Assembly: GCA_951406725.2 (NCBI GenBank)
Contig: OX597819.1
Coordinates: 90,458,001 to 90,522,000 of the forward strand
DNA length: 64,000 bases
Direction: 5' to 3'
DNA from: Octopus vulgaris
Taxonomy: Eukaryota
The stretch's first letter is position 1. Every line of letters starts with the position of its first letter. Below the pieces are notes generated by a model. The model was given only the letters and a program-made list of their open reading frames with translations. It was not told where the DNA came from and did not search any database. A program made the position numbers and the translations under genes. Shown here in pieces: positions 35,340 to 49,499 of the stretch.

Positions 35340-36413
35340 AAATATTGATGTTGCTCAGAAGAGAGAGTGGGAGAGGTTTGATCAGTTGCCAGGACTGAAT
35401 TGAAGCTGAGGAAAACAACCTAGGCCAGTATATAAAAAATACCGTGGAGTCACTGTTGAAACGCATAAAGAAGGCTGGTGCCATCAAAACTAAAAATTGT
35501 GTAACTAAAGAAAAATTTAAACAAGAAATGAACAAAAAAAAAAAGAAAAGAAAAAGCATGGTAGGAAAAAATGCACAGTCAGTTTGCAAGAGATGTGAAT
35601 GCCAAGACAGATACAGAGGACCGATGGCTATGGATGAGGAGGAATGATTTGAAGATAGAGACAGGAGCACTCATATGTGCAGCTCAGGAACAAGCATTAA
35701 GGACTAATTATATGAAGTGCAGAATTGACAACACTACTGATAGCGGCAAATGTAGAATGTGTGGTGAGAGAGGTGAAATGGTATGGCACATCGTTAGTGA
35801 ATGCCTGAAATTGGTACAATGTGAATACAAATGATGCCATGACAATGTGGCAAGAATGATCCATAGGGAAGGTCTGTTGAAATCATGCCCTACAAAGAGC
35901 AAAGACATGGTATGAGCAAACCCCAGAAGGAGTCACCAAAAATGCAAACTGCAAAATCCTGTGGGATGTAATGATCCAGTGCGATCACCTGACCAGACAG
36001 AGGAAACAGGACATTGTTGTGGTGAATAAAAAACAAAGAACATGTATGATTATCAACATAGCATGCCCTGGTGACAATAGGATCAATGTGAAAGAAGAAA
36101 AAATAAACAACTACGACAATTTAAAACGGGAAATATGAAGGTTGTGGTTCATGAAGAGAGTAGACATGATACCAATAGTAATTGGTGCACTTGGAAGTAT
36201 CAGCACTCAACTACCAACATGGCTGAAAAAGATTGATGCAAGTGTGAAGGTAGAACACCTACAAAAATCAGCATTGCTTGGAACTGCAAGAATTCTTTGC
36301 AGGGTTCTTGAAACATGACCAGTAAACAAGTATCACCTTAGTCTACAGACACTTTCCATCATACCCAGCAAAATAAGCTGTGAGTTTTCATATAATAATA
36401 ATAATAATAATAA
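35340..36413 (+). mobile_element. R4/Dong-clade LINE 3' remnant (CCHC finger plus restriction-like endonuclease) with (TAA)n tail
   Basis: ETGALICAAQEQALRT, CRMCGE...HIVSEC, ILWD..IQCD, DIVVV, PIVIGALG and LQKSALLGTARIL motifs. Confidence 0.9.
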
Positions 36414-36779
36414 TGACCTGGGAATTGATAAACAAAAGATGTGGTATCTTAATGCAAGAACTGTTCCTGTTATTGTAGGTGCCCTAGGCATGATAAAAAA
36501 AAGGGATGTCAGCAGCATCTAGATAAGATCTCAGGAGAACCATGTCTCAGAAAAATTCAAAAGATTGTGCTAACAAGTACTGCCCACATCCTTAGAAAAA
36601 CCCTATCCATTTAAATGTGTGTGTTGTATTGCATGAAGATATTTCACTACCTCCCCTCCCCAAGCTTTCAGTCATACTGTAACATCTCTTATCCTTCACT
36701 TGCCCTAGGATGCTGTGTGTGACTCGGCAAGTGACTGTAACAAAGATTCAGATTAAAAGTAAATAATAATAATAATAAT
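36414..36779 (+). mobile_element. Second R4/Dong-type 3' fragment, different subfamily, with (TAA)n tail
   Basis: KMW...TVPVIVGALG...IQKIVLTSTAHILRKTL. Confidence 0.8.
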
Positions 36780-38485
36780 CCTTTCTTCTGTAGGCATCAA
36801 GACTGAAATTTGGGGGAAGAGATTAAGTCAATACATCGACCCCAGAGTGTAACTTATTTAATCGACCTCGAAAGGATGAGAGGTAAATCAACCTCATTGG
36901 AATTTGAACTCAGAAAAGACAGACAAAATACTGCTTAGACTTTCTCCTGACATGCTAATGATTCTGCCAGCTCATTGCCTTAATAATAATAGTGCAAAAC
37001 AATATAAACAAAATAATTTAACACAGTTCATTGCCTTGTAATTAAGTAATGTTAGAATGTTATCAATACTTTTCCAGATAACAATAGAGAACATTAAGCG
37101 AAATTTGTATTGCTAGTGTCACAATTAGTGAATTCTCAGTCAATCATAATCAAGGATAATTGTTGACGTATGTGACTGTTTGTGTGTCAGATGGTAGAGA
37201 GTAGGAGTTACCGTCTGACAACCTGATTTTTATTCCCTGATTTGAGGCTCATTTCTGATATTTGTAATGCATATGCTCCTTTCCAAAGCAAAGGAACATG
37301 AACATGACAAATCCTGTATCGATGTTGCCCATAGATAACAGAGTAACAGGCATTAAATGATACACATCATTGTTGCTATTGCTGTCGCTGTCATCATCAT
37401 TTAACATCCATTTTCCATGCTTGCATGGGTTGGATGGTTTGACAGGACCCAGCCAGCTGCAGGGTTGCATCAAGTTCCAGTATTAGCTCTGGTATGATTT
37501 CTATTGCTGGATGCCCTTCCTAACACCAACCACTTTACAGTGTGTACTGGGTGCTGTTCTCTTTTTGTATCAATAGCACTAGTAAGTTTACCAAGTAAGG
37601 GCTATGGTAGAGCACACTTGACTAAGGTGCTGTTCAGTGGAATTGAACTTAAAATTACATTGTTGTAAAGCAAGTTTGTTAACCATATGCCCTGTTACAC
37701 AATGGTAACATATGGTTTCAAAAGAAATTTAGCACTTACTTCTAGCAGATAAAGAAACTACATAGAGACTTCTTATTGACTTGAAATATATCCAGCTTTG
37801 GTAATTAGTGCCAGAAAAAACTATCTAGAAGTAGAGAAAAATTATCCTTCTATATAAAACACCAGGAAAAAAAAAAGAAAAATTAAATGAGTGAATCTGA
37901 AACTTTGTCAAGTCACCATCCTCTTGGCTCTAATCCAGACCCACAAATGTTCACCCTACTTTATAGCATAACCCAGAAGGGTGGATTACACAATACCATA
38001 GATGATAATAACAACACAGGGTATTTCAAAAACAATAACAGTAAGCCCTATACTTCGTTTGGAATGTATTAATTAATGACGCCCACATCAACAATTCTAC
38101 CATCCCCAGAGGCATAACAAACCTAACTTTAGATACCAGTGTGTTAAACCTTATTGTGGTGGTAGTGGCATATTTAGAATTTCAATGTATGAGATATTAT
38201 TGGATTGACAGCTCGAAAAATCCCCCTCAAGGCAAACATCTCCCTATCGTTGTTTCTGTTATATATGCTTTACACTTTTTTTCCCAGTTAGTCAGAAGAG
38301 AAGAGTCTATGCTCATGAACTTTAGAAACCCTCTCAAACTGGTGAGATTGCTATCTATATATATCATCACCATCATCATTTAATGTCTGCTTTCCATACT
38401 GGCATGGGTTAGACAGTTTGACTGGAACTTGCAAGCCAGAGGGCTGCATTAGGTTCCAGTTTGATTTGGCATGGTTTCTAATATA

Positions 38486-39724
38486 CAGGGTGCGAAAGCT
38501 ATTTGAGGACAAATTTATGTTTATAAAAAAAGATATATATTTATCAAAAAATGCAATGAGGATAAAAATAAACCTTCTTTTCTATAATGCTACTCAGTAA
38601 AGCCACATTCAGCTTCAACAACTGCTTTGATATGAGACCTAAATCATCTGCATGCTCGAATCAAGTGGTCCTGGTTCATTTTGGACATAACTCTGACTAT
38701 GGCAGCTTTCAAAGGATCTTTGGTGTTATGAGCGTGTTCATCGACCTCTCTCTCAATGATGCTCCACATGTAATAGTCCAATGGATTGAGATCTGGGGAA
38801 TTAAGAGGCCAAATGTTAGGGGTTATGTGATCATGAAAATTTTCAGCTATCCATTCCTGTGTTACTAGAGCCATGTGTGATCATGCAGAGTCTTACTGAA
38901 ACACATATGGCCTTCCTTTGTATACACTGTCTAGCCAGGGCTTAACAATTATTTCCAGGACCTCAATGTAGGTGGCAGTGTTAACTGTAAGGCCTTGTGG
39001 AAAGAAGTACGGAGGCTTCACATGTCCTTCATTGTTGACAACCCCTAAAACCATGACAGTTGTAGGAAATTTTGTATGCATAACACTTGGAACTTCAGAA
39101 GGGTCTGCATATAACCATCTATCATTTCTTGTTAACTTTTTGATCTTGGTCAAAGTTTTTCTCTTCTGAGAAAAACAAAATCAAATCTTCTGCTGGATTT
39201 TTCTGTTTAAGAGCCATTTAGATTTGATGTAGTGATTTATTTTTGCTTTTTCTGACAAATTGACCTTTCCTCATCATATAAGACATATCTGATATCTTCG
39301 TGGACAACATTTCTGATTGTTCCTTCTGACAAATGAAGATCTTTTGCAATTGACTTCATGGATTTTCTGGGATTGTAACCAATGGTTTGTTGAACTTGCT
39401 GGATAAATTCAGGTGTTCTGATGATTTCAGAGTGTTTAGAATGCTTTTTATGCCTCAATACTAGTGATATGTTTCCATCTTCAGTCTCTAGCTCCTTACA
39501 AACTTTGTAGATGAAATACCTGGCAACCTTTAAAAGTCGAGATATTTCAAAATCGCTATGCTCAGCCTTTATAACCACAATAACAATAACTGCATGCTTC
39601 TGCATTTCTTAAGTAAGCTGAGAGTCAGCCATTATTATTTCCTGAACAAAGATTATACAGAGTTAGCAAAAAATGCAGCAATGACTCTAAAAAAGGTATG
39701 TCCTCAGATACCTTACGCACCCTG
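38486..39724 (-). mobile_element. Full-length, inactivated Tc1/mariner element, DD37D (maT) family
   Basis: TIR CAGGGTGCG.AAG.TAT.TGAGGACA at both ends, TA flank on the left. ORF pieces 39237-39605, 38893-39153 and 38644-38874. 37 residues lie between FQ*D and the D of SPDLNPLD. Confidence 0.92.
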
Positions 39725-39967
39725 TGTATATATGTATGTATATCTGGTACTCAGTCTGAACACTTAATAGTCAATAACTGCATGAAAAACAGAATGAGAG
39801 AAATCATTTGTAATAGAGAGAGGGTCTAGTCTGAGTACATGTAACAGAATAAACTCCACTAATGCTAGCCAAAAACCAAACAGTGTGTTACACCTACAAC
39901 ACTAAAAAGACAAAGTATAGTCAATCTAGTGTCAGATGTACGAGTGCTCTATTTTTCCAATGAATCA

Positions 39968-40230
39968 AATAGGTAAAGGTGAAGTTACCCTCTCAAGTCC
40001 TGCCAACACACAAGGGCTGGTTTCCTCGGTTTCCATGGCATGTAAATTCCCCAACTGGATGGGATACCGGTCCATTGCAGGATTACTCATTTTTGCCAGC
40101 TGAGTGAATTGAAGCAATGTGAAATGAAGTGTTTTGCTCAAGAACACAACACGTCGCCCGGTCCAGGAAACAAAACCACAGTCTTATGATCTAGAGTCCA
40201 ACACCCTAGCCACTAAGCCACGTATCTCCA
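39968..40230 (-). mobile_element. tRNA-derived SINE (third family)
   Basis: Minus-strand head gtggcttagtggctagggtg and core ttcttgagcaaaacacttc. Homologous to about 3390-3530. Confidence 0.7.
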
Positions 40231-41399
40231 CATATATTGAATCAAATATATCTACCTAACTAAATAAAGGCTGGATGATAAAAAGGTAGAGAGATTTAAG
40301 ATGTTCAATGTGCTTATCTAATCCAAAGTTCAAACCCTATAATAGAAATAATTTCAAGGCCGTAAAATAGTTCTAACATCAGTTCAATCCATGATTGAAT
40401 AACATCTTCATACAATCCATTTGAATGACTGAAGCATCAAACTTGAACAAACAATACTTCATAAAAGCATAGAAAATGATGAAGTTCATGGTGTGCTTCA
40501 GATTTGTTATTATTTAGCTCCATGTCAACCCTGGTTAATCAAACTTGTGATTGACTAAATTTTTTAATGTGTCTTTTCTTTTTCCAAGAGATAAGGTGTA
40601 CTCTGGACTACATCATCCAACGTGTCCTTCCTTTTTTAAAAAGTTAGAGTATAATTTAAGGTAAATTAGACGTTTATCTCTGGCAGATCAAGTTGACTAA
40701 TAGAGGCTCCCTCATTAGCTCATATCTCTAGATTTAGTAGTATTAGGTAAATGAAAGATGAATTCAACAACATGAAGAGAGACAGCATTCTAATTTACTG
40801 CTGGTAACATACCCAGATGTTTGTTTATCCAACAGTTAGGTGAATAGAAACCTATAGAATTCAGTGACTTGCATGACATCATTAAACATCTGGTTGTGCC
40901 AGTTCACTTCATTTACTTTCTAAGCAAGTCAATTACTGCTGTTGCATAGGCTGACTTGACATGTCCTTCAAGTACAATATGAAGGTGAGACCGTCATGTC
41001 GTGACAATTCTTTTTGACTTCTGGGACATTTTCATTTCTTGTACCAATTATTACTATTTACTCTTATAAGTGGGATAGCCATATATCTCATTGAGTGCTT
41101 AATGAATAAAATCTCATACATAGGATTAAACACTCTAGCTATCAGGTACATGAAATCCGTGTTTAGCTCATTGGAAGCCTATAAGCAATGGTGTGGTTGT
41201 TCACAAATTCTGATATAAATTCTTTAAAAAACATATAAAACATTTTAATTGTGATCATCCTATACCTTTTTTTTTTTTCAGGATAGTGTGCATACTCTGA
41301 CCCACTGGCTCTGAACCCCATCACCTGGGAAGCCTATGAGGATAAAAAAGGGTATGGACAAATTACTATCCATGATAAATGAAGATGGTTTTTTAAATT

Positions 41400-41582
41400 C
41401 CGGCACGTAAAGAGCACCCACTACACTCTCGGAGTGGTTGGCATTAGGAAGGGCATCCAGCTGTAGAAACTCTGCCAGATCAAGATAGGAGCCTTGTGCA
41501 GCCATCTGGTTCGCCAGCCCTCAGTCAAAATCGTCCAAACCATGCTAGCATGGAAAGCGGACATTAAATGATGATGATGATA
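41400..41582 (+). mobile_element. RTE-tail SINE fragment
   Basis: ggcacgtaaa...aggaagggcatccagc...(GAT)n. Confidence 0.85.
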
Positions 41583-42117
41583 AAAGAAGAATTATATAGA
41601 AGCAAACTCTACTCCATCTTCTCATTACTAAAGAAATGGAGGCAAACATTTTCATTAATACTGGGGGCAGAGCTGATATTTGAAAACCCCTGCTCTGGCC
41701 TACAATATATCTTTTTTTTTAAAACAGTAGCATGTGTTGAGGGATGCTCCCTCATTGGCTCACTGTAACCAAAATGACAGTATAAAGGAAAGGAATGTCA
41801 TAGTTTAGTCTCACTGTACACAGTTAATGTCATAGTTTAGTCTCGCTGTGCACAATAGTTAATGCATACCTAAGTTGGAAAACAGCAGAAGATTAAACAT
41901 TATCTATGGGATCTGTGGTAATAAAAAAACAAAAAGGTGAAATGAGTTAGCACTTTATATATCTATAGGTTCATCATCGTTTGCAAGAAATAATACTGAT
42001 TTTAACTTCTGTTTTGCCATGCTGATGAATATTAAATGTGTCAGTAATAAATTCTTGATCTTCCGTCTCCCACAATGACAGACCGTAACTTCTTATATAT
42101 AGATAAAATAATGAAAA

Positions 42118-42450
42118 AAGCCAGCCTCGGCTGGCCCCCGTGCCGGTGACACGTAAAAGCACCATCCGTTCGTGTCCGTTGCCAGCATCGCCTGGCCCCG
42201 TGCCGGTGACACGTAAAAGCACCATCCGTTCGTGGCCGTTTGCCAGCTCTGTCTGGCACCTGTGCAGGTGGCACGTAAAAAACACCCACTACACTCGCGG
42301 AGTGGTTGGCGTTAGGAAGGGCATCCAGCCGTAGAAACACTGCCAGATCTGACTGGGCCTGACGAAGCCTTCCAGCTTCACAGACCCCAGTTGACCCGTC
42401 CAACCCATGCTAGCATGGAAAGCGGACGCTAAATGATGATGATGATGATG
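42118..42450 (+). mobile_element. RTE-tail SINE fragment with about 60-bp internal tandem units
   Basis: Homologous to 5150-5490. Confidence 0.88.
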
Positions 42451-42639
42451 CTAACATCAAGTATAGACTATGCAAATCAATACAAAACAATTGACCACAT
42501 CATTTCTGATAGCCCGATTTTTACCAGGTCTGAGTGTAATTACAAACATTAAATCAAGTTAGCAGCTTTATCCACTGAGCAATAAGTTGGCATAAGAATG
42601 CAAAAGAAATGATATAAGCATGTACCTAACACAATACAT

Positions 42640-42875
42640 GACTAACAACCAAACCTCAATCAGCTTGGACATGCCTACCCAGACTGATAAGAAGATCAAA
42701 GCCATCCAGATCTAATTATCCAAAGACTGGAACAAAAATGCCTTGACTCTAATTGACATCTTGATTCCTTCTGAGCAAAACGTTATCCAGAAGGAAGAGC
42801 AAAAATTGTCAAAGTACAGGGATCCTGAAATTGAAATATGCAGAATGTGGTGTATAAGAAAGATAATGACAATTT
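42640..42875 (+). mobile_element. R4/Dong endonuclease fragment
   Basis: PDLII...LIDILIP...EEQKLSKYRDPEIEICRMW. Confidence 0.65.
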
Positions 42876-45359
42876 GAGAGGTAGGTAGGTAGGTAGTTTG
42901 TTTATTTGTTTGTGTTTGTGTGTGTGTAAAGAAAAAAAAAAACCATAGAGTTCTAAACTTTACCCACAGTGCCAAAAATAGCTCTGCTGAGCATAGCTCA
43001 AGACACTTTCAACTCATTAGTGCAGCTCAAACAGTACACTGCCTACACACAACACATACCATATACAATCACCATCTAGTAATAAATTATCTCTTTTTGT
43101 GAATAGTTTTTAAAAAATTATTCAACATTGCCATTTTGAAAATCAATTGATAACACATCTAACCAGGTCAGCAACAATAATCCTTTGGGCCCAAAACCTG
43201 AAATTTTGTTGGGAGGGGACTAGTCAATAGCATTGACTCCAGTGTTCAACTGGTACTTAATTTTATTGACCCTGGAAAGATAAAAGGCAAAGTTGACCTC
43301 AGCAGAATTTGAACTCAGAATGTGAATAGGTACAACTAATACTGCCAGACAATTTATCCAATACTGACTCCTAACATACACACAAGGCATAAATTTTGAG
43401 GTGGTTATAGCTAATTATATCAAAGCTAGTACTTTAGTACTTAAATTTATCAACGTCAGAAGAATGAAAGTCAAAGTTCACAGTGGGATTTGAATTCATA
43501 ATAATTTCTTTATTTATCACTAGTATGTCAAGAGAGGAAACATCACAAGAACACATTACAAAAGCAGTGGGGGATTTACATAGAACTGAGAATGAGGAAA
43601 CGGACATAAGAAATAATAAAAATTAAATGAAATAGCCGTACAGAACAACACCCAGGATCAATCAAAGATACCCACAGACCCAGATGGTCCTTACTAAGTA
43701 CCCTCCTCTTCTAGTTGTTGGCACATGGACCCTACTTTAAGTACATGTCAAAAGTAGGGTCTATTCACTCAAGTCATATTTCACTCTCATTCATATTTCA
43801 GCAAATTTACTGGAAGTTGACACTGTCTTTATTTTTACTTTCTTTCAGAATATTTGACTTGGCCAAAGAAGAAAGTTACTCTTAATCTAGTCAACCATGC
43901 AACTTCTTACACCATAGTTACTAAACAGAAGAAAATAGCTGCCTTTCCTGATCAAAGGAAGTTGATAGAGTGATTTTCACAATGAACTTGCCTGACAGCT
44001 AATGCTGTGCTACATGCAACAAAAACTCCACATATGTCAACAATATTCAGATACTGAACAAATACATACAAAACAAGTTCACCACTGTACAGGCCCAGCT
44101 AATGGCATTTCTGTGCTTGCAGAGTTTATCCTGAAACCAAAGGTACAGTTGAATCAACACCAAATCAGGAATCAAGGATTTCTGAGAGTTGTCCATAGTC
44201 CCCTCTCAGAAAGTCCTTCAGAATAGACTTTCCAATGGATGTTCACCTGAGTCCCCTTTGAGAATGTCATCAGTCTTGCATACCATTAATCCTCTACAGA
44301 AAGCAAGGGTTTATGTACCACCATCTACACAGCCTGGCTGGAGAGCTGTGGGTACTTGGCAATGCTTCAGACAGCAAAGGATGCCTGACAAACAACACTA
44401 TTAGTGCATCATTAGTCATAGTATACTGAATCCTCTACACAGGTGTTTGTAGCAGATTGACCTTTTCAGACCAATGGAATGCATTTGGTTAGATGAACAA
44501 CAGTAGTAGCAACAACAACAGTTTCAAATTTTAGTACAATTTCAGGAGAGTGGGTAAATCAGTTAAACCATCTCCAGGGTTTAAAAGGTACCTATTTTAA
44601 CAAACCCGAAAGAATGAAAAGCAAAGTCAACCTCAGCAACATTTGAACTCAGAACATAAAATCAGAAGAAATGCTGTTAAGCATTTTGTCCAATGTGCTA
44701 ATGATTCTCCCAGTTTGCTGCATTAATAATAATAAAAATAATTTCAAATATTTGCCACAAGGGCAGCTTGGGGGGGGGAAGGGATTAAGTCAGTCAATTA
44801 CATCGACCCTAGTGTGTAACTGGTACCTATTTAATTGACCCCGAAAGGATGAAAGGCAGTCAACCTCGGCAAAATTTGAACTCAAAATGTAGCGATGGAC
44901 AAAATAACGCTAAGCATTTCGCCTGGCACACTAATGATTCTGCCAGCTAGTTAGTTGCCTTAATAATAATAATAATAATAATAAATTATAATAAATCTTC
45001 CCTATAGCAAGACATCTCTGCTTGTCCCTGGCATAAAGCCACTGCTCAACCCTCTCAAATATTCACCCCACTTAGTCAAGAGGACTTTTTCATTTTTCCC
45101 TTTTTTCATCTTTTCGTGTTTTTTCTATGTAAATTGTTTGGCAATCTCACTAGTGCTGGTGGCATGGAAAAAAAAAAAGCACCAAATACGCACTGTAAAG
45201 CAGCTGACCTTAGAAAGGGCATCCATCCATTGAAACCAAGCCAAACTTGACTTGGAGCACAATGCAGCCCTGCAAGCTCACAGGATCCTGTCAAATAATC
45301 CAACTCATGCTATCGTGGAAAAGTCATTAAATGATGATGATGACAACAAAGATCTAGAC

Positions 45360-45632
45360 TAATGGTTCACAAACTTTTTTAGGCTCCCACCCCATTGGTG
45401 CCCAGGTCACATTCCTGGTGCCCCACCCCGATTCACCACCACAAATATAGGCCACTTTCTGAAGCAAATTCAAAACAACTGTATTTCACAAATAAACTTA
45501 ACCTAATTAACCCATAATTTTGTTGTCCATACATCCAACACTCCATTTTGGTGACCCATTATCACCCCACTTTTCTTCAATGCACCCTGGATCTTTCCAG
45601 GAGGGCAGTACTGCTCACTTTGGGAACTACTG
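45360..45632. mobile_element. hAT (Charlie-type) MITE
   Basis: 8-bp TSD atctagac (45352-45359, 45633-45640). Ends resemble CAGTGGTTCCCAAA / TTTGGGAACTACTG. Confidence 0.8.
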
Positions 45633-46390
45633 ATCTAGACTGATATGTTTAGAAAACAAAATTAAATTTTCATTCTAGTCAGACATTTTTAAAAGTCACT
45701 AGTACAGTAAATAGAAACATTCTACTCATGAATCAAAGCTAGGCTGTAGATTTCATACATTGAGAAATTTTCATGTGAAAATAGATGCAATATGGTTGAA
45801 TGAATAATATATTGGACAACACTATTCATAGGTCATTAGTTTAAACCCTCTAAATGTGTTTCATTGTGATTCAAAGTAGAATATGTTATTCTACATTGAG
45901 TCAGTTCACCTGCATAAGCAAGCCCAACATTGATAAAATATATAAATGCCACCAAAGTCCTGAGAGTCTTTTTAGGGCTTAGCTGAGGTCTTGATTCGTA
46001 GTATTAAGCATATGAGAGATTAATCAACTCCAGGATAGGACATTCTTCTATTGCAACTAAAATTGATTTCTAACATAAGTACAAAGTTTCATATTTGGAT
46101 TATAGGTACAGTAAAGTTAATTATACTGACACTGTGCTTGGCTGGTAATATTTTCTCAAACTTGGAAACGTGAAAGGCAAAACTGATCCTGGTAGTATTT
46201 GAACCAAGTATGTAAAGAGTTATAGGTAAATACTGCAAGATAATTTGTGCAATGGTCTCCTGGTACTGCAACAACAAAACTAACATACTGAGTTCAAATA
46301 TTGCAATCTTTCCCATCAGTAACATTTATTATATCAGTAATATACAGAGCTTAAGCTTATGATCCAAATAAGAAGACAAATAGTTTCGCA

Positions 46391-46620
46391 CATCTTTAAT
46401 GACCAATTACATTTGTTTCAGTACCATTGCATGCAAAAGTTCCATGTGAAAAGTTACATTGTGCGCAATGTAAGAGCACACCTTTTAATGCAAGTCTGAT
46501 GAAGTGCCACTCTAATGTTTAAAACCACAAATATCACATAACTTTTCACAAGGAACTTTTGCATGCAATGACATTAAAAACAGTGATACTGAAATAATGG
46601 TAAACTGGTCTTTAAAGATA
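46391..46620. mobile_element. Foldback MITE
   Basis: Inverted arms cattgcatgcaaaagttcc.tgtgaaaagtta / taacttttcacaaggaacttttgcatgcaatg, with outer atctttaa.gacca / tggtctttaaagat. Confidence 0.7.
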
Positions 46621-48019
46621 TGCTAAACTCTTTCTTTCTCTTCTTATTTGGATTATGCTTTACTTTTCGCTAGACGCAGACATTGGATTTACTAGTGTGG
46701 TATCTGGAATTTCTACACCAACAGAATTTTAACCTACCCTGAGTCTCCTCAAGCACAAGTTGAGTGCTGCATTGGAAATGCTCTGATTTTCTACCCTTTC
46801 AAGACCACCCATCCATCCATACATACATACATATATATATATACATACACACACCACCTGAAAAAAAAAAAAGACCTCTACTGTTTTAAGTGGCATGATA
46901 ATTCAATATGGTTAAACAACCAGTGTTTACTTCCAAGAGTTTGTAAAAGTTTTGAGTAAAAACTTTTTGAATTATACAGGTTTGAATAATATAACAACTT
47001 GTATAGAGAAAATTAACATTCTTTAATTACCATATTAAGAAAAAATCAAGATTAAGTTAAACATGTAGAAACGGCATTTTGTATTTGTTCTCGAAATAAA
47101 TTTCTTTGTGGTCCGTGTGTAGTACGAATGTAGAATGTTGTTGAGATAAAAGAAAGAAAATCAACATACGTTTGTAATCTAGCAGAATAGAAATACAGCA
47201 AATTAATAACTCATTCAGCTGAAATGTATCTCATATTAAGACTAACTGGTACAAGAGTAAACAACCGATATTATTGGGTGTTTGTTCAAGGTGAGCTCAT
47301 ATTGAAAAAAAGAAACAAGACAGTTGGTTCTCCCTTGCTGAGAAAAGAGAGTTTTGAATTACATTTTACATAGCCAGTACATGGCTGAGATGTACTGTTC
47401 TTGGATTGCTTCGATAAAACCAAACCTGCCCTTGGTTGTATGAGAGTCACAAGTGAGTTCAAAAAGACAACCTTCAGAGATGTAATAGTGCAGATGGTAA
47501 TATATAAAATAAATCAAATGTCAATGATTAGATCAATAATACAAGCATGAATTTGAATTAGAAAAGTGGAACTTGCCCTATATATCTAGAGCTTGCCAGA
47601 CAAAGACCATTAGTAATTACATGAGAAAACACCCACAATTCTGATCTTCCAGATCAGATACCATAATTTGTTTCTACTATTTTATCCCTACAAGGTCATT
47701 CATTAGTCAACCAGTGCCAGCAAGTTAGGCCATCCTATTGCGAATGTTCAGCACAGTGAATTATCCTATTTAGACTCAATATTTGTTCCGATATCTCCAT
47801 GAATCAATGTATGTCAGACACACTGACGTTACATTGTGAAAATGAAATTATCCAGTTAACATAGCTCTTTTTCACTCCACAAAGATACTAAAGGTAAGGT
47901 GTTTGTATCTATTTATATATATATAAATATTGAAACAAAACGCTTAACACACTACTAATTTATAAACCGATGTAACTGTCATTATGCGTTGTATCTTTCA
48001 ATTGTTCTATCCAATATCC

Positions 48020-48412
48020 GGATATTTTCGGTTTGACCGGCAGTTTTTAAAAATAATTTCCACGCAACTAAATACTTTTAAACTTCGTATACTGGTAGAA
48101 TGTGTTTATAAGACATCTTTTTCTCTTGGCTTTATGGAGAAAATTCTATAGTTTGTAAGATATTTGTTGTATTTTCTTCAATTTCAACCAATCAATGACG
48201 TCTATTGAGGTGAAAACATTCTGTGCCGTATGAATATGTCCCTCGTTTAAGAAATAGATTGGGTTTATTTACATTTCTGAAGAAAAAAAGATACCCTTCC
48301 CCCTAACCCTAAAACAGATTGAAATGCAATAGATCGATACTAGGGTCATAAATTATGGGTGACAATTTCATATGACAGCTAGAAAAAACTGCCGTTCAAA
48401 CCGAAAAGATCC
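48020..48412. mobile_element. 393-bp MITE with GG...CC termini and 8-bp TSD (Merlin/MULE-like)
   Basis: TIR of about 29 bp GGAT[CA]TTTTCGGTTTGA[AC]CGGCAGTTTTT. TSD caatatcc (48012-48019, 48413-48420). Confidence 0.88.
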
Positions 48413-49499
48413 CAATATCCTTAAACTCTTAGTGGCAACGAAACAGTCTCTCTGTGGATAAATTAAAAAGGGTCCTGAGTTGCTGCTGATCGAAATGGGT
48501 CCGGCTGAGCCCTTGCTTTCTCTCCACGAAAACACGGCATATATAGACAAATGTGTGGCGAAAATAAAGAATACGTACACCCGGTGGTTAGATTTAGGAG
48601 TAGGGGTTAGGGTTTGGGGTTTTTTTTACCTCTGCCCAACGAGTTTACATGTCAATACATACTGGCTAAAATATATAGATGTATTTTGTAGCACAATTAA
48701 AACAGGAACAAGTTATCTCAATTGAAAGTATGACAAGGCAGCCAGCCGTTCTAGAATGTAATCGCTCACAATTGTCATGAAAATGATAGGCAGATATATT
48801 AATCTTTCGAGTGACAATCCGTTAGCTTGATTCATTTTTTGTTTCTCAACTTGAAGCTTATAATGGTGTGCTATCAGTTACATTAAATCTTAACTAATTT
48901 GTAAATCAAATGTCATTGGTTTGTTATATAAAAAATTTTGAGAATATGTCTCAAGTGTCAGTAGTTTTACAATCATTTTCATATTATCTGTCAGCAGAAG
49001 TGAAGTTTTAAAAGTTTTGAGTGTTTGATGATTATTGATATCTCTTCCTCAAACAGTTCTCTTCGTATTTATTTATTTTTTCTTCCCGTCTGTAAGAATA
49101 TCTTACATTTATGTTAAACTTCACATGACCATAACTTTCATGTTACTAAAGTTCCCCTTCCTCGTACCAGTCTGAGTTTTTTTGTTTATTACAAATTTGT
49201 GGGAGTTTTCTTCGCATAAGCATTTTATATAGTTCTTCGTACTACAAATCTGAGACAAGGACATGTGACACTGAAAGCACAGCTAGATAAGGGCGTTAGC
49301 ACTTAGTAAAATAGAAGAGACACAGTAAAATAAATATACAAATAAATAAATAGGGAATTTTAACTGTTAGTATCAAGTTAGGTTTAAATTTCTGTAACTT
49401 CATATCAGAGAAAAGATTTCGAAATAACAACCCTGTTTGTTCAATACTAGCTACTGAAGTTATTATTGAAAAACTAATCAGATTTTGTTTTATTCCTAC

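Noticed and set aside
43058-43100. Alternative candidate for EEF1AKMT2 exon 2 (…LDGDCIW|GT)
   Set aside because: No suitable acceptor or family motif. 34049-34114 fits phases and homology exactly.
43590-44480. Possible Tx1/L1 3' remnant on the minus strand
   Set aside because: Composition is suggestive, but the motifs are too decayed to support a call by eye.
48296-48312. Telomere or interstitial telomeric array
   Set aside because: Only two CCCTAA units, internal to a MITE.
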